This document shows, in pieces, positions 12,908 through 24,269 of a stretch of 64,000 nucleotides of DNA. A program made the position numbers and the translations under genes. How positions within the stretch are numbered: position 1 is the first letter of the stretch; the number at the start of each line of letters is the position of its first letter. This DNA is from Scyliorhinus canicula (taxonomy: Eukaryota), in NCBI RefSeq assembly GCF_902713615.1, contig NC_052159.1, positions 33,841,709-33,905,708 on the forward strand, written 5' to 3'. The notes beneath the pieces were generated by a model. The model saw only the letters and a program-made list of their open reading frames with translations, was not told the origin of the DNA and made no database searches.

Positions 12908-13071
12908 GGGCGCGATTCTCCGCTCCCCACGCCGGGTGGGAGAATCGCGGGAGGGCCGGGCGACTCACGACACGCCCCCCTGGCGACGCCCGCAATTCTC
13001 CCACCCCCCGCTCGGAAGAATCGCCACTCGCCGGCCTTCCTGATTTTTCGCGGGAGCGGAGAATTCCACCC
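12908..13071. mobile_element. GC-rich Harbinger-type MITE (164 bp)
   Basis: TIRs GGGCGCGATTCTCCGCTCCC / GGGAGCGGAGAATTCCACCC, flanked by CAG and CTG (CWG). Confidence 0.8.
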
Positions 13072-13292
13072 CTGGTGTATGGTTGAGCTTTGAACTCCAA
13101 AAAAATGGTACAAATGGGAAAAACCAAACGGTCCATGATCCCATGCTAGGGACCATTGGCGGCTCATGTCAAACCTCTTTCCAATGGAATAACGAAACTG
13201 ATCAAGAAATCAACGTGTTATTTGTAGCTTGTATGGCAAGGTTAATTTATTTTTAACGGCAGTACAATTTATATTAAAAGACTTAACCCCAT

Positions 13293-13474
13293 GGGGGCTG
13301 GTTTAGCTCTCTCAGCTAAATTGCTGGCTTATAAAGTAGACCAAGCAGGCCAGCAGCACGGTTCGATTCCCGTACCAGCCTCCCCGGACAGGCGCCGGAA
13401 TGTGGCGACTAGGGGCTTTTCACAGTAACTTCATTGAAGCCTACTCGTGACAATAAGCGATTTTCATTTCACTT
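13293..13474 (+). mobile_element. Short tRNA-derived SINE (second family)
   Basis: GGGGCTGGTTTAGCTC head, GGTTCGATTCC B-box, tail TGACAATAAGCGATTTTCATTTCA. Related copies lie at 44893-45072 and 54727-54818. Confidence 0.85.
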
Positions 13475-14473
13475 TGCCAGCATCAACAGAGATTCCAGCT
13501 GTGTGCATAGGAACACATATGCCAGATTGCACTCCTCAGCTACATTGGGGATTTCTGGTTGATTCCTTTGAACTTTAACCCAATGTTGATTCACATTGGA
13601 TATTTCCTTGTTTCACAAAATGTATTTCCCTTCGGGCCATTTATTCTGGCTTGGAATTTTCATCTACACCAATGCCGGAAAAAACTAAATACTGCATCAT
13701 GAGAATTTTTAGCAGAAACGTTCATGGAAAAACAGGCACAAGAGACTAACATTCAGTTTCCCTGACCTTTTGTGCCAATTCAGCAAACCTCCCTACCTCA
13801 TGAATATAGCTTTGTTCCTCTCATGAGAAAGAGCAAAGTGTGCAAGTTTCCTGCCAACAAGTTAGACCCTTTGAATATGCAAAGGACCTGTTTCAGGCCT
13901 GAGACCTGGAGCCATGTTTTTGGCCTGACCAATATGGTAGGTGGCACACATCTGGTTCATTGAGAGTCCCTGCTTCCTGCTTCCCATATTGCTGGCTTAG
14001 GCGCCTGTCGAACAGGTGCGGCATCATCTAAATTCTTAGCTGTTTTGTTTAACGTATATAAGTAATGGTTTGATGGCCTTGAATGTTCAGTTTCATTTAT
14101 AAAAATAGACTTGAAGATGCAATGTGGCAGAAGTTCAACACCTTGTTTGTGCTGGTTTTCACTTGTTTCGCACTGGTTTAATATTTCCAGCATATGCTGA
14201 CGAGATCTTCAGGCAGTTTTGACATGGATTGCTGTCTACATCTGTGCACGCTGCATTATAACTTACTAGTCATGTTGTTTCGGGCCAACAGGCAGTATGC
14301 ACTGAATCAGATGTGTAAGATCAATGGTTTGTTTCTTTTGAATCTGCATCCAGTACCAAAGTGGCTTAACGCTACAATCCAACCCTCGGGAAACTTGAAA
14401 ATGCTATGACAATATTATCAAATAATTTGAACATTGGGATTAGATTTAATCTTGAAACAGGTGAAAATGTATA

Positions 14474-14779
14474 CATAGAATCCTTACAGTGCAGAAAGTA
14501 GACTTTCAGCCCATCGAGTCTGCACCAACCCTTCAAAAGCCCACCCTACTTAAACCCAATCCCCCTCCCTGTAACCCCAGCCTGAGGGGCAATTTATCAT
14601 GGCTAATCCGCCTAACCTGTGCATATTTGGACTGTGGGAAGTAACCGGAGCACCCAAAGGAAACCCACGCAGACACGGCGCGAATGTGCAAACTCTATAC
14701 AGCCATCCAAAGGCCGGAATCAAACCCGGGTCCCTGCCGTTGTGAGGCGGCAGTGCTAACCTCTGTACCACCATGCCGC
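14474..14779 (-). mobile_element. HE1-type V-SINE
   Basis: Head, V-core and CR1-like tail on the minus strand. Confidence 0.88.
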
Positions 14780-15252
14780 ATCTGTGTTGCCCATAGAGTC
14801 CACTGCTGAAATGGTATTTTATCACTGGTAGCATGCAACAGTTGCAGCAGTTATCATTATTCGCATTATCACTGCATACCTTTCACAGGTTTTCAAGGAA
14901 TACCACACATCAGCTAAAGCACCAATCAAGGCATTAGCTGAAGGTGGATCTGACAAAAATGAGTAAGAAAGGGACTATCCCATTCAAATAACCTTTAAGT
15001 TAAGTGTGTTGCTCAGTCATAGTTGAAGTAAGCTTAGTTCTGATACCCCAATTCTCAATGTCCTTGCTACATTTTTAACTTCTCAAATGACTCATGTGAG
15101 TGAACTTTTGCTTTGATTGCTAAAGCTTTAATTCATAAATGACAAGAGAATTGAGACTGAGAATATGGAGGAAGAGGGGAAAGAATTCTGCTGAGAAGTT
15201 CTTCTTGGTCTTAACCTAGCAGCAGTGTGCCTGCAGTAGTGTATCTCTATGC

Positions 15253-16072
15253 TGTTGCTCTTTCGGCACCGGAGTAATGTCGCCAATTAATAATGATACT
15301 CTTTATAGTCGCCGGGTATCAAATGATACCAGCACAAGGCTTTACCAGATATCGATCAAAGGACCACACAACAGTTAGTCAGTTCAAGTTCAAAGATAGT
15401 TTATTTTCACACAAGGATTACTTCGACATGCAACACAAAACACTACAAGTTAAATTGCACCTAACAACTACAATAACCTATACTTAACTTCAGGGCAACT
15501 GGCTCCATGCAGATGGACAAGGCCTTTATCCGGATCTTGCGTGGCTGGGTAGAAGAAGTGGCTCTGTTTCTGCTGGGCTCATCCGTCTGGTAGCGATTGT
15601 TGGTCTTGAATTTGCCTGTCTGGTCGTTATGCTGCACTTGGGTTGGCATAGGCCAGATCCAAGAGAGACCGAGCACATCGTTGTGTCTCTTCTTATCCCT
15701 CTGGGATTTTACGCTCTTTGGGGCAGTCCTTGGACCCAATAATTCGACAGGCTTCGATCACTGCCTTCAATTTTGGCTAATAAAGGGGCTGGTGCCTTGA
15801 TGGCTGGGCGTGTCCTTAGCGGTCATTGACCTTGGCTGTTTAGGCTCCCTGAGTAAAGGGAGTGGCACCGATTAGTCTGTATCTGTATCAGTTATCTGAG
15901 TACAGTTCTTTTGTTCAGGGGAAATGGGCCATTAGAATTCAAACGAGTGGTGGTTTCAATCGTGTCTCGCTATCTGGGTTGCAAATACACACACAAGCTC
16001 TGAGTTTGTCCAAGTCCTGGGTTGGCCATAATTCCCATGGTCCTTTGCAGGTGGCCATCTGAGATGGCTACA
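15253..16072 (-). mobile_element. Solo LTR (820 bp) related to the LTR at 58422
   Basis: Minus strand begins TGTAGCCATCTCAGATGG and ends GAGCAACA, versus TGTAGCCACCTAAGATGG...GTGCAACA for the provirus. AATAAA is followed by a similar U5. Flanks are ATGC/ATAC. Confidence 0.82.
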
Positions 16073-16470
16073 ATACCTGCCCCCTATCCAGCCACAACAT
16101 GCTGAATGATTGGCTTAAATGTTTATCTTTCACGACTACAACTCAACTGGTAACAGACTAAGTGAATTATTTGCTCAATTAGTAAGCCATAGTCTCCTTC
16201 CAATTGCCTAAAGGAGATTTCCATCATTGCCAGATTGATTATTTCAACAATTATTCAAAAGGGTGTAAATATACTTTTACCAAGTAAAGAGATGGGTCCT
16301 TCTCTGGCGGGCGAACTGTAACTAGCGGGGTGCTGCAGGGGTCAGTCCTTGAACCTCAACTGTTTACAATCTATATACATGACCTGCAAGTCGGGACAGA
16401 GTGGAACATAGCAAAATTTGCCGATGATACTAAAATAGGTCGGGAAAGCAGGCAGTGAGGAGAAGATAAG

Positions 16471-17191
16471 GGCCGGGTCGGAGAATTGCCGGGGGGGCGG
16501 CGTGAATCCCGCCGCTGCCCGCCGAATTCTCCGGCACTGGAGATTCGGTGGGGGCAGGAATCGTGCCGCGCCAGTCGGCTGCCGCTTGCAGCGGCCCCCC
16601 CCCCCGATTCTCCGACCCGCGATGGGCCAAAGTCCCGCTGGTTCTTTGCCAGTCCCGCTGGCGTAGATTAGACTAGGCCCCTTACTGGTGGGACCTGGTG
16701 GCCTGTGGGGGCTCCGGGGTCCTGGGGGGGGGGGGGGGGGGGAGGCGCAGGACGATCTGGCCCCGGGGGGGGGGGGGGGGGGGGGGGGGTGCCTCCACAG
16801 TAGCCTGGCCCGTGATCGGGACCCACTGATCTGCGGGCGAGCCTGTGCCGTGGGGGGAACTCTTTTCCTATGCGTTGGCCGTGTCAGCCTCCACGATGGC
16901 CGACGCGTAGGTGAACACTCCCTGCGCATGTACGGGGATGACGTCAGCAGTCGCTGATGCTCCCGCGCATGCGTGAACCTACGCTAGCCGGCGGAGTTCC
17001 TTCGGCCCCGGCTGGCGTGGCGCCAAAGGCCTTCCACGCCAGCCGGCGGGGCGCAAACCACTCCAGCGCCGCCCTAGCCCCTGAACGTGCGGAGGATTCC
17101 ACACCTTTGGGACGGGCCGATGCTGGAGTGGTTCACACCACTCCGTCCCGCTGGGACCCCCCACCCCGCCGGGTACGAGAGAATCCCGCCC
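16471..17191. mobile_element. GC-rich Harbinger-type MITE with poly-G tracts (left end truncated)
   Basis: Right terminus GAGAATCCCGCCC, internal GGAGAAT/ATTCTCC repeats, CpG-rich. Confidence 0.78.
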
Positions 17192-17403
17192 AAAGAACGT
17201 ACAGATGGATATAGATAGGCTAGGAGAATGGGCCAAAGTTTGGCAAATGGAGTTTAATGTGGATAAATGTGAGGTTAGAAAGGCAAATTATTATCTAAAT
17301 GGAAAGCAGATTCAAAATGCTTCTGGATAGAGGGATCTGGGTGTCTTCGTTCATGAATCGCAGAAAGCCAGTATGCAGGTGCAGCATGTAATAAAAAAGG
17401 CAG

Positions 17404-17590
17404 GCTGGCATGGTGGTGCAGTGGTTAGCACTGCTGCCTCACGGCACCAAGGACCCGGGTTTGTTCTCGGTCCCGGCTCTCTGTCCCTGTGGAGTTTGCA
17501 CATTCTCCCCATGTCTGCATGGGTCTCACCCCCACAACCCAAAGATGTACGGGGTAGGTGGAATGGCCACGCTAAATTGCCCCTTAATTG
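17404..17590 (+). mobile_element. Short V-SINE variant (same subfamily as 5391-5618), tail deleted
   Basis: Shortened core GGGTCTCACCCCCACAACCCAAAGA and ending GCCCCTTAATTG. Confidence 0.82.
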
Positions 17591-18546
17591 AGGTGTATAA
17601 AATACTAAGAGTGATTGATAAAGTAAACGTGGACCAAAGGTTCCCCCTTGTGGGGCAATCTAGAACGAGAGGTCACAGATATAGGTTGAGAGCAGGTAGA
17701 TTTAAAATTGAGATAAGGAGGAACTACTTCTCGCAGAGGGTGGTGAATTTGTGGAACTCGCTGCTCCATAGTGTAGTGGAGTCTGAATCATTAAATGGTT
17801 TCAAGAAGGAGATAAAAACGGGTTAAAGAGCTTTGGGGGACAGGCATGCAGGTGGATTTGAGACCAGGAAGAGATCAGCCATGATTTGACTGAATGGCGT
17901 AGCAGGCTCAAAAGGCTGAAGGTTGGAGTGGGTGGGGATTTAGATGGGCCCGCTGACCCAGGAAGCAGATATTAGGCAGCCATGGCGGTGAGCAATAACA
18001 ATGTTAGAAATGCAGGATTCTTTAAGAGTAAACCAGGACTTGTTTCAGAGTGAATTGAGAGCAGGTGGTGCTCAATGAAACTTCTACTTAAGAGCTGGGT
18101 TTTGTAGGTCCAAAAGGAAAGAGTGGAGACTAGTGTTTGTACAGAACCATTGTATCACAATAAAACAGTTGTGAATCATCAGACTGTCTTCCATTGCCTA
18201 TTTTGTTATTTGGATATTCACCTATAAAACAAGCAACTGCCGTGACAGTCTAGTTAGAAAGGCAGCTTTGGTTTCCTCAGACTTTCCCAGTTGTTTTAGA
18301 AACCGTTGGGCCCGCCAGCCCTTACTCCTCACACTTTCTCACACCCCACTACCTCTCATGCCCCTCCCATGCCACCTCCAAAGCCATGTACTGAGTATCC
18401 ACTATGGGCATGCTTCAGGATGAATGTGGAGATTAAAAAATAACTGATTTCTAACAATCTAATACAGCTTTCACTGATATTTTGAAATCTCCTCACATGG
18501 TTAATCTGTTAGAAAAACAAATACTCCTGTCCATTTACTTTTAAGA

Positions 18547-18887
18547 TGGCGGCACGGTGGCACAGTGGTTAACACTGCTGCCTCACAGCTCCAGGGTCCC
18601 GGGTTCAATTCCGCCCTCGGGTAACTGTTTGTATGGAGTTTGCACTTTCTCCCCCTGTCTGCATGGGTTTCCTCCGGGTGCTCTGGTTTCCTCCCACAGT
18701 CCAAAGATATGCAGGTTAGATGGATTGGCCAGGTTAAATGACCCCTTAGTGTCCAAATAGGTTAGGTGGGGTTTCTGGGTTTCGGGGATAGGGTGGAGGT
18801 ATGGGCGTAAGTAGGATGCTCTTTCCAAGGGCTGGTGCAGATTCGATCGGCCAAATGGCCTCCTTCTGCACTGTAAATTCTATGATT
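18547..18887 (+). mobile_element. HE1-type V-SINE
   Basis: Head, V-core and tail CTTCTGCACTGTAAATTCTATGAT. Confidence 0.9.
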
Positions 18888-20699
18888 ATATGAAAGAGAA
18901 CTAGGATCAAGAATAGTTAATCAGCATTTCTACCTGTTTCAGAGGCCATATTGAGATTGGGTTACAGGCTTCCCTGGAAATCACTGAGTATCACAGACAG
19001 ACAGCAGTCTGTCCTGTGTGGTCAGCAGAAAGAGATGGCTGCTTGACTTTGCATGTTATCTTGGCTGGATGGGGGAGGGAGACAGTCCCTAGCTGAAGAG
19101 ATGCATTCTGCAGCTTCGAAGGATTTCAGGAGATTTGCCCTGACACGAGGCACGAAGAACCATCAAAAAAGGCTAGTAGTGGATTGAAGAACAGCTGTGA
19201 AAACTGAGGAAAGCATCTGGAAACGGTTGTTTGAAGTTACAAGTTGACAAATCAGGGATGCGATCAGGGATAATGAAGGATCTCAGGATCTCCTTTTTTG
19301 GGAGTTGCGAGACATCCTGGGTGGGTGTAGCTAAATGATGAATGTTGCTGCATTTGCACTCTGGATGTGGCTGCAGATCAGCAAAGAAAATCTGCTGGCA
19401 TTGGAAAGAATGTCAAGGTAAGTGTGCTCAGTCCTTTGACCATCTTTACTAGGCTGCCTTAGGCTGCATCATGTTAATACTTCACTATAAGCTTGATGGA
19501 GCATCACAGAGAGAGAATACACAACTGTCTTCTATCTGTTCAAGCACTTTCCAAATGTAAAGGTATCTTTCAGTAAGGCACTTTGGAATTGCCGCTTGAC
19601 AACGTGTTTAACTTGTTCTCCATCATATGTGGCAAGTAATAGCTGCCAAGCACAATGCCGACCCAAACTACCAACCACATTGCTGCATGTTCAAGATTGA
19701 AATGTACAGAGTTTTGCTCGGGAAGGATTTTCAGAGATAGGGATCAAAGGATTTTGTCATATGCACAATCCTTCTCATCTTTCCCAGCCACTCTGCAGCT
19801 TTTGGTACATTCAACCTCAACATCCTCCCGAAATAATGTTCTTCCATTGCCCTCCCAAAGGGGATTGCCACCAGTTGGCTCCACTCGTGCATCGCCAAGC
19901 ACACCCAAAGCATCAAGCGATCGCTTCTTTGTAGAAGCTGAGCAGGTGGGCACCGATCACGGGCCTATGCCCCCCTTGGCACGGCCGTGGTACTGCCGTG
20001 CCAATCGGGCCCCCAGTTGCCCCAAATGGGCATCTGCTGCCAGTTTCACGACAGCAGCGAGCAGGTGTGTTTGCTGCCGTGTTGAAACGGGCGTGAAGGC
20101 CCGGCCACTCGGCCCATCGGCCTCGGAAAATTCTTACAGCGAGCGGCGATTCGTGGCGTGGGTCGGTCGTGAAAAAATCCGTCGTCCTTACCTGATCTGG
20201 CCTACACGTGTCTCCAGGCCTACAGCAATGTGGTTAACTCTTAAATGTCCTCAGGTATGGGCAATAAGTGATGGCCCAACCAGACACACCCTTATCCCAT
20301 GAACGAATTTTTAAAAAATGATTTGGGCGCAGGTTCTTTGCTCAAAACTGGTTAAAGATGTGCTTAAAAATTTACCCTGCAATCTAGAAAATAATCTTCA
20401 ACATGGAATTGAAGTATTCATTTAGATTCTTGTTGCTAAGAATAGTCTGGCAGCTTCCACCAGTGATGTTTGCACCCAACCTGAAGTCAGGAATAGTGAA
20501 GAGAAATCAGGCAGAGATTTCCGCTAGAAATGGATATGTCTGGTTTATCAAAGGGTGCCACAGCATAAAGAGTTTCCTGTTTTTATTACTTAATGCTCTT
20601 TGAAGTGTGGTTTGTATGTTTTGGCTTGTTATGCTTACTGATAGTTAATGATCCTGCCAGACAACCATTTTCCAAGACAGGTTGTTTTTAATAGGTTGA

Positions 20700-20984
20700 T
20701 CAGCAGTTTGATCATTTTGACTCAGATGGAACAGTCTTGTCTCTGCATCAATAGGGTTGTAGATTCTGCCCCACTCCAGGTGGACTGAGCACCTTATCTA
20801 GGTTACATGGCAGTGTACTACATTCATCACACAACCATAAAATATCTCTCTGGTCATTTATATGTGGGCCATTTCTGGGGCTTAGTTTTTGCTCATTTTG
20901 GCTGCTGCGTATTGCTATCTATGATTCATTGGCTGTGAACCACTTTGGACATCCTGAAGATGCAAAAGATGCTATATAAATACC
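20700..20984 (+). mobile_element. Old Deu-domain SINE (SacSINE1/AmnSINE-like) remnant
   Basis: TTGGCTGCTGCG..TTCATTGGCTGTGAACCACTTTGGACATCCTGAAG..GCTATATAAAT, similar to 41390-41716 and 52350-52512. Confidence 0.6.
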
Positions 20985-22001
20985 GGGCACAATCTAACGG
21001 GAAGGTTTCTAAGTGTCATTTCTGGTGGGTTTTGTTGGGAGTTTCACCCTGGTTCTGTCGACTAGTTCCCCATTTGGGCCCTGGGGAGTTTCTCCCTGGT
21101 CAAGACGGTACTTAGAATTATTTTCATCATTGGGGAGCTGAACTCACTGGCTGGACCAACTACAGAGCGATCAGGACATCATTTGAAAAGGGTTCCCGAA
21201 TCTCTAAGTGGACTTGTGGGTCCCCCCCCCCCCCCCAACATGGACAAAGTCACCCCCCACATTCATGGGCATTATCCCACAGCCCCCCCATGATGACACT
21301 CTTCTCTGGGGTTGCTGAGGGCCCCCTTTTCCAGGCTTTCCAACATCCCCTTCAGCCCCCACCCCCCACCCCCCCAAACTTTCTGGAGGCCCCTTCATAT
21401 CTACCCTGCAACTCCCCACCTGTCATCATCCCCCCACCCTCTTTTCATGGGCATGGCACCCCTCAGGTCCTGGCCCTTGTTAGTGCCACCCAGTCACACA
21501 GGACCCTGGCACTGCCAATCTGGTACCATGGCAATTCTCCAGTCAGCTTTGCAATGCCACCTGGGTAAATTGGCAAAGCAAGGATGACACTGTCAAGGTG
21601 CTAGCCTGGCAGTACCAATGTGCTCACGTTCAAGGGGAGAGCCAAAGGGCCACCCTGCCCTGTCCCTGACCACCCAGAGCCTCCAATGGCCCGGGAGGCC
21701 TCCCAGGTGCCGTTCACCTGGTCCACATTTGAACGGTGCCCGGCTGCAGCCTCACTGGGGAAGTTGGTAGATGCCTTGAGCCTGATAGATCCAGGGTCAG
21801 CATGCCTAAAGAGGTTTTAAAACTGCTTAGGCATGCAACACTTGGGGTGGGATCCTGATCATGACGCTTTGCGGGATCTGGGTAGACCGTAGACATTCTG
21901 AGGCATACTGGCCGTCGGGAAGCCTATGGCAGGCCTCTCCCAGCATCTACCGACCCCATTGCACTCTCATTCAGACGCAACACGGCTGGTCAATTGCGCC
22001 C
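20985..22001. mobile_element. Non-autonomous Harbinger derivative (~1 kb)
   Basis: The left 36 bp match the reverse complement of 9214-9249 at 31/36 positions. Right terminus is CAATTGCGCCC. Confidence 0.8.
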
Positions 22002-22214
22002 ACCATTTTATTCGAGATAACAGCCATCTTACTCCACAGATACTTTTGGTGCTGTAAATTACTCTACACTTCTAATTAAAAAATGATATGCTACTAAATC
22101 CAATTGATGCAGGCATAATCATCCACGGGGCTTTTCTTTACATTGTTTCCAATCTCAATTCTCTGGTGATGGACTGGGAGGTAGGAGTGTTTATAAAATG
22201 CAGGAGGATGGGGA

Positions 22215-22790
22215 GGGGGAGGATATTCTCAGAAGTGGGAATGGCAGCAATGTGGCTGCCCATCTCTAATTAATTCAGTCTGGTGGTCAATTAACAACCA
22301 CTCTCTGGCCTGTGGTCACTTTATTAGAAACCGTATCAGATATATTGGCGCGGCCTCCCAGTGGTTTCCCGGTGTGTGGTGGGGAGAGTTGTGGGAGAAT
22401 GGGGACTGTGGGACGGGGAGTGGGGGGGGAGGGGGGGAACCTTCCTTTTTGACTGTTCCAAAAACCACAGAGGTGCCTCCGGCGGCAGTGGCTGCACCTG
22501 CGACTCTGATGCCACCACTGGAGTGTTCACCTCCCTGAGGATATCTGCCTGCTTGTCTGGCCCTAGCATGGAGGTGCCCGCTCCTTCTCACTACAGCCTT
22601 GGCAGTGACCATATTGATCAGTGGCCTTGCCAAGGTTGCCGGCTGCCAGATTTCTGTTTGGGCCAGCAGCTCTCAGTGACGGTCCTAGCGTGGGGTCGGA
22701 ATGCATGTTTTGGTCCCAGCAGCGGGACTTCCCGGACTCAGATTCCAGCCATCAGTCAGTGGCAAGAGTAATTTCCACCAGCCTGCTACA
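22215..22790. mobile_element. Older Harbinger-type MITE
   Basis: GGGGAGGATATTCTC start and AATTTCCACC end, GC-rich body similar to other MITEs. Confidence 0.5.
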
Positions 22791-23289
22791 AATCTCCTTT
22801 GAAGCCCTGCCTTAGAGCTTGAGGTAGGAATTTTAGTTTGAGACTGAAGCCTTGTTAACTGCACTCACATGGTTTCAGTCAACACATGGGTATTTCTCTT
22901 CACCACTGGGAGCTGCTTCCCTTTAACACAAACAATAAGCGCCAGTTCTCCAATTGAGTTTCATTCAGATCGTGAACAATAGTTCTTTGTTGTAATGTTC
23001 TTCCTTGTTCTCCTGCCTTCGTGCTGAGATCACTGGTGACTGTTAATTAGTCTTAGAAAGGGCATTCAGCGTTTTCAGTCTGTTGAATCTTTATGCATAG
23101 CAGAGTGAGAGATGTCAGTGTTGGGGAACAGGATATTGGTGCCCCAGGCATGCCTGCTCAGGTGCAGATTTGACTTTCTTCTACTTCACCCTAATTGTGC
23201 ACCAAGGTCTCAACCCAGGATAGAACTTCATGGGAACAGAAACCTGACAACAGCCATCCTTATGCTTTCCCTGTGTGAGATTGGCAATT

Positions 23290-23475
23290 TACAGCGTGCC
23301 CGGGGCCGAATTGTGGGCACATTGGTTCTGTAAAGGAAAGGAGGCAGCAGAGGCAGCTGAACTGATGGTCTCAGTCTTAGTGACAAAGAAGTTTATGAGC
23401 TCTTCATTTTTGTTGGAGGTGAGGGTGGAGAGGGAATGGTGAGCGGGCAGGTGGTTGGTAGTGGAGAGACGGACC
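23290..23475 (-). mobile_element. L2/CR1-clade LINE ORF2 fragment
   Basis: STLTSNKNEELINFFVTKTETISSA. Confidence 0.6.
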
Positions 23476-23822
23476 AAACTTGTTTTATGTAGAATCTTTC
23501 TAATCAGTCAAGGGAGCTTTCCGTTACGTATTTCAATCCAAACCCCACGGTGTTAATCCACTGCACGAGAAGAAACAGTGACTTTGTGACACTCTGAAAT
23601 CCTTTTGCTGTCAAATCCATCCTGTTTACATTAGTTGACAGTTATGATTTGTAGCCTTATTTTCTGGCCCATGGCCCACGGCTTGAGGCTCTGAACTCTA
23701 CTCGCTCGCAAAATAAATAGTAGCTGGTGTCACTGAAGACAGCATTTAAAGTTCTCTTTGTGGAACTTCTGACCCCAGAATGCCAGGAGGATTTTAGTAC
23801 TTTTCATTTTTCTTAGTGTCAG

Positions 23823-24099
23823 TGTGGTGAATGTAATATAGATGTATATATGTTAATTTACACTGTCTTTGTAAGCGCAGTAGCGCTATCCTACCACTAG
23901 GGGGAGTAGCGCTGGGAGCACTCAGGAACTTGTGCTGGGCTGCACCCTTGGCTCCGCCCACGACTCCTCCCCCTAGTGCAGCTGTATAAATACCCGTGTC
24001 CAGAGTTCATCGACAGGTAACAGGCTGGCTCTGAAGTAAGTCGATTAAAGCCTAGAATCACATCGGAAACATGTGGCTGGTGAATTGATGGTTCCATCA
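23823..24099 (+). mobile_element. Solo LTR (277 bp, gypsy-type)
   Basis: TG...CA ends, TATAAA at ~23985, ATTAAA, and a perfect 5-bp TSD GTCAG (23818-23822, 24100-24104). Confidence 0.88.
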
Positions 24100-24165
24100 G
24101 TCAGCATCTGTGGAGAGAAAAGGGAGCTCATGTTTCGAGTCTGGATGACTCTTTGTCAAAGCTGC
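24100..24165 (-). mobile_element. Penelope-like terminal fragment with degenerate hammerhead motif
   Basis: Minus strand reads TTTGACAAAGAGTC-ATCCA-GACTCGAAACATGAG..CTCTCCACAGATGCTG. Confidence 0.6.
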
Positions 24166-24269
24166 ATAACACAGGTGAGCGATTGCTTCTTAAAGTTGAC
24201 AATTATATTGGCTGTTCCTGCAATGATGTCAGTCAGAGTGGGCAGGGGTTCAGGTTTGCAATTTTGACT

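Larger units (their letters stand above)
16260..17920 (+). mobile_element. CR1 LINE RT and 3' fragment with nested MITE and SINE
   Basis: VTSGVLQGSVLEPQLFTIYIHDL, KFADDTKIG, WQMEFNVDKC and FSQRVVNLWNSL. Confidence 0.88.

Noticed and set aside
13293-13375. tRNA gene (also other A/B-box heads)
   Set aside because: It continues into a SINE body and tail, is multi-copy, and lacks a proper cloverleaf.
16342-17236. Pro/Gly/Arg-rich ORFs and an apparent CpG-island promoter
   Set aside because: Explained by a GC-rich MITE with homopolymer tracts. The same applies to 12676-13167 and 33615-34281.
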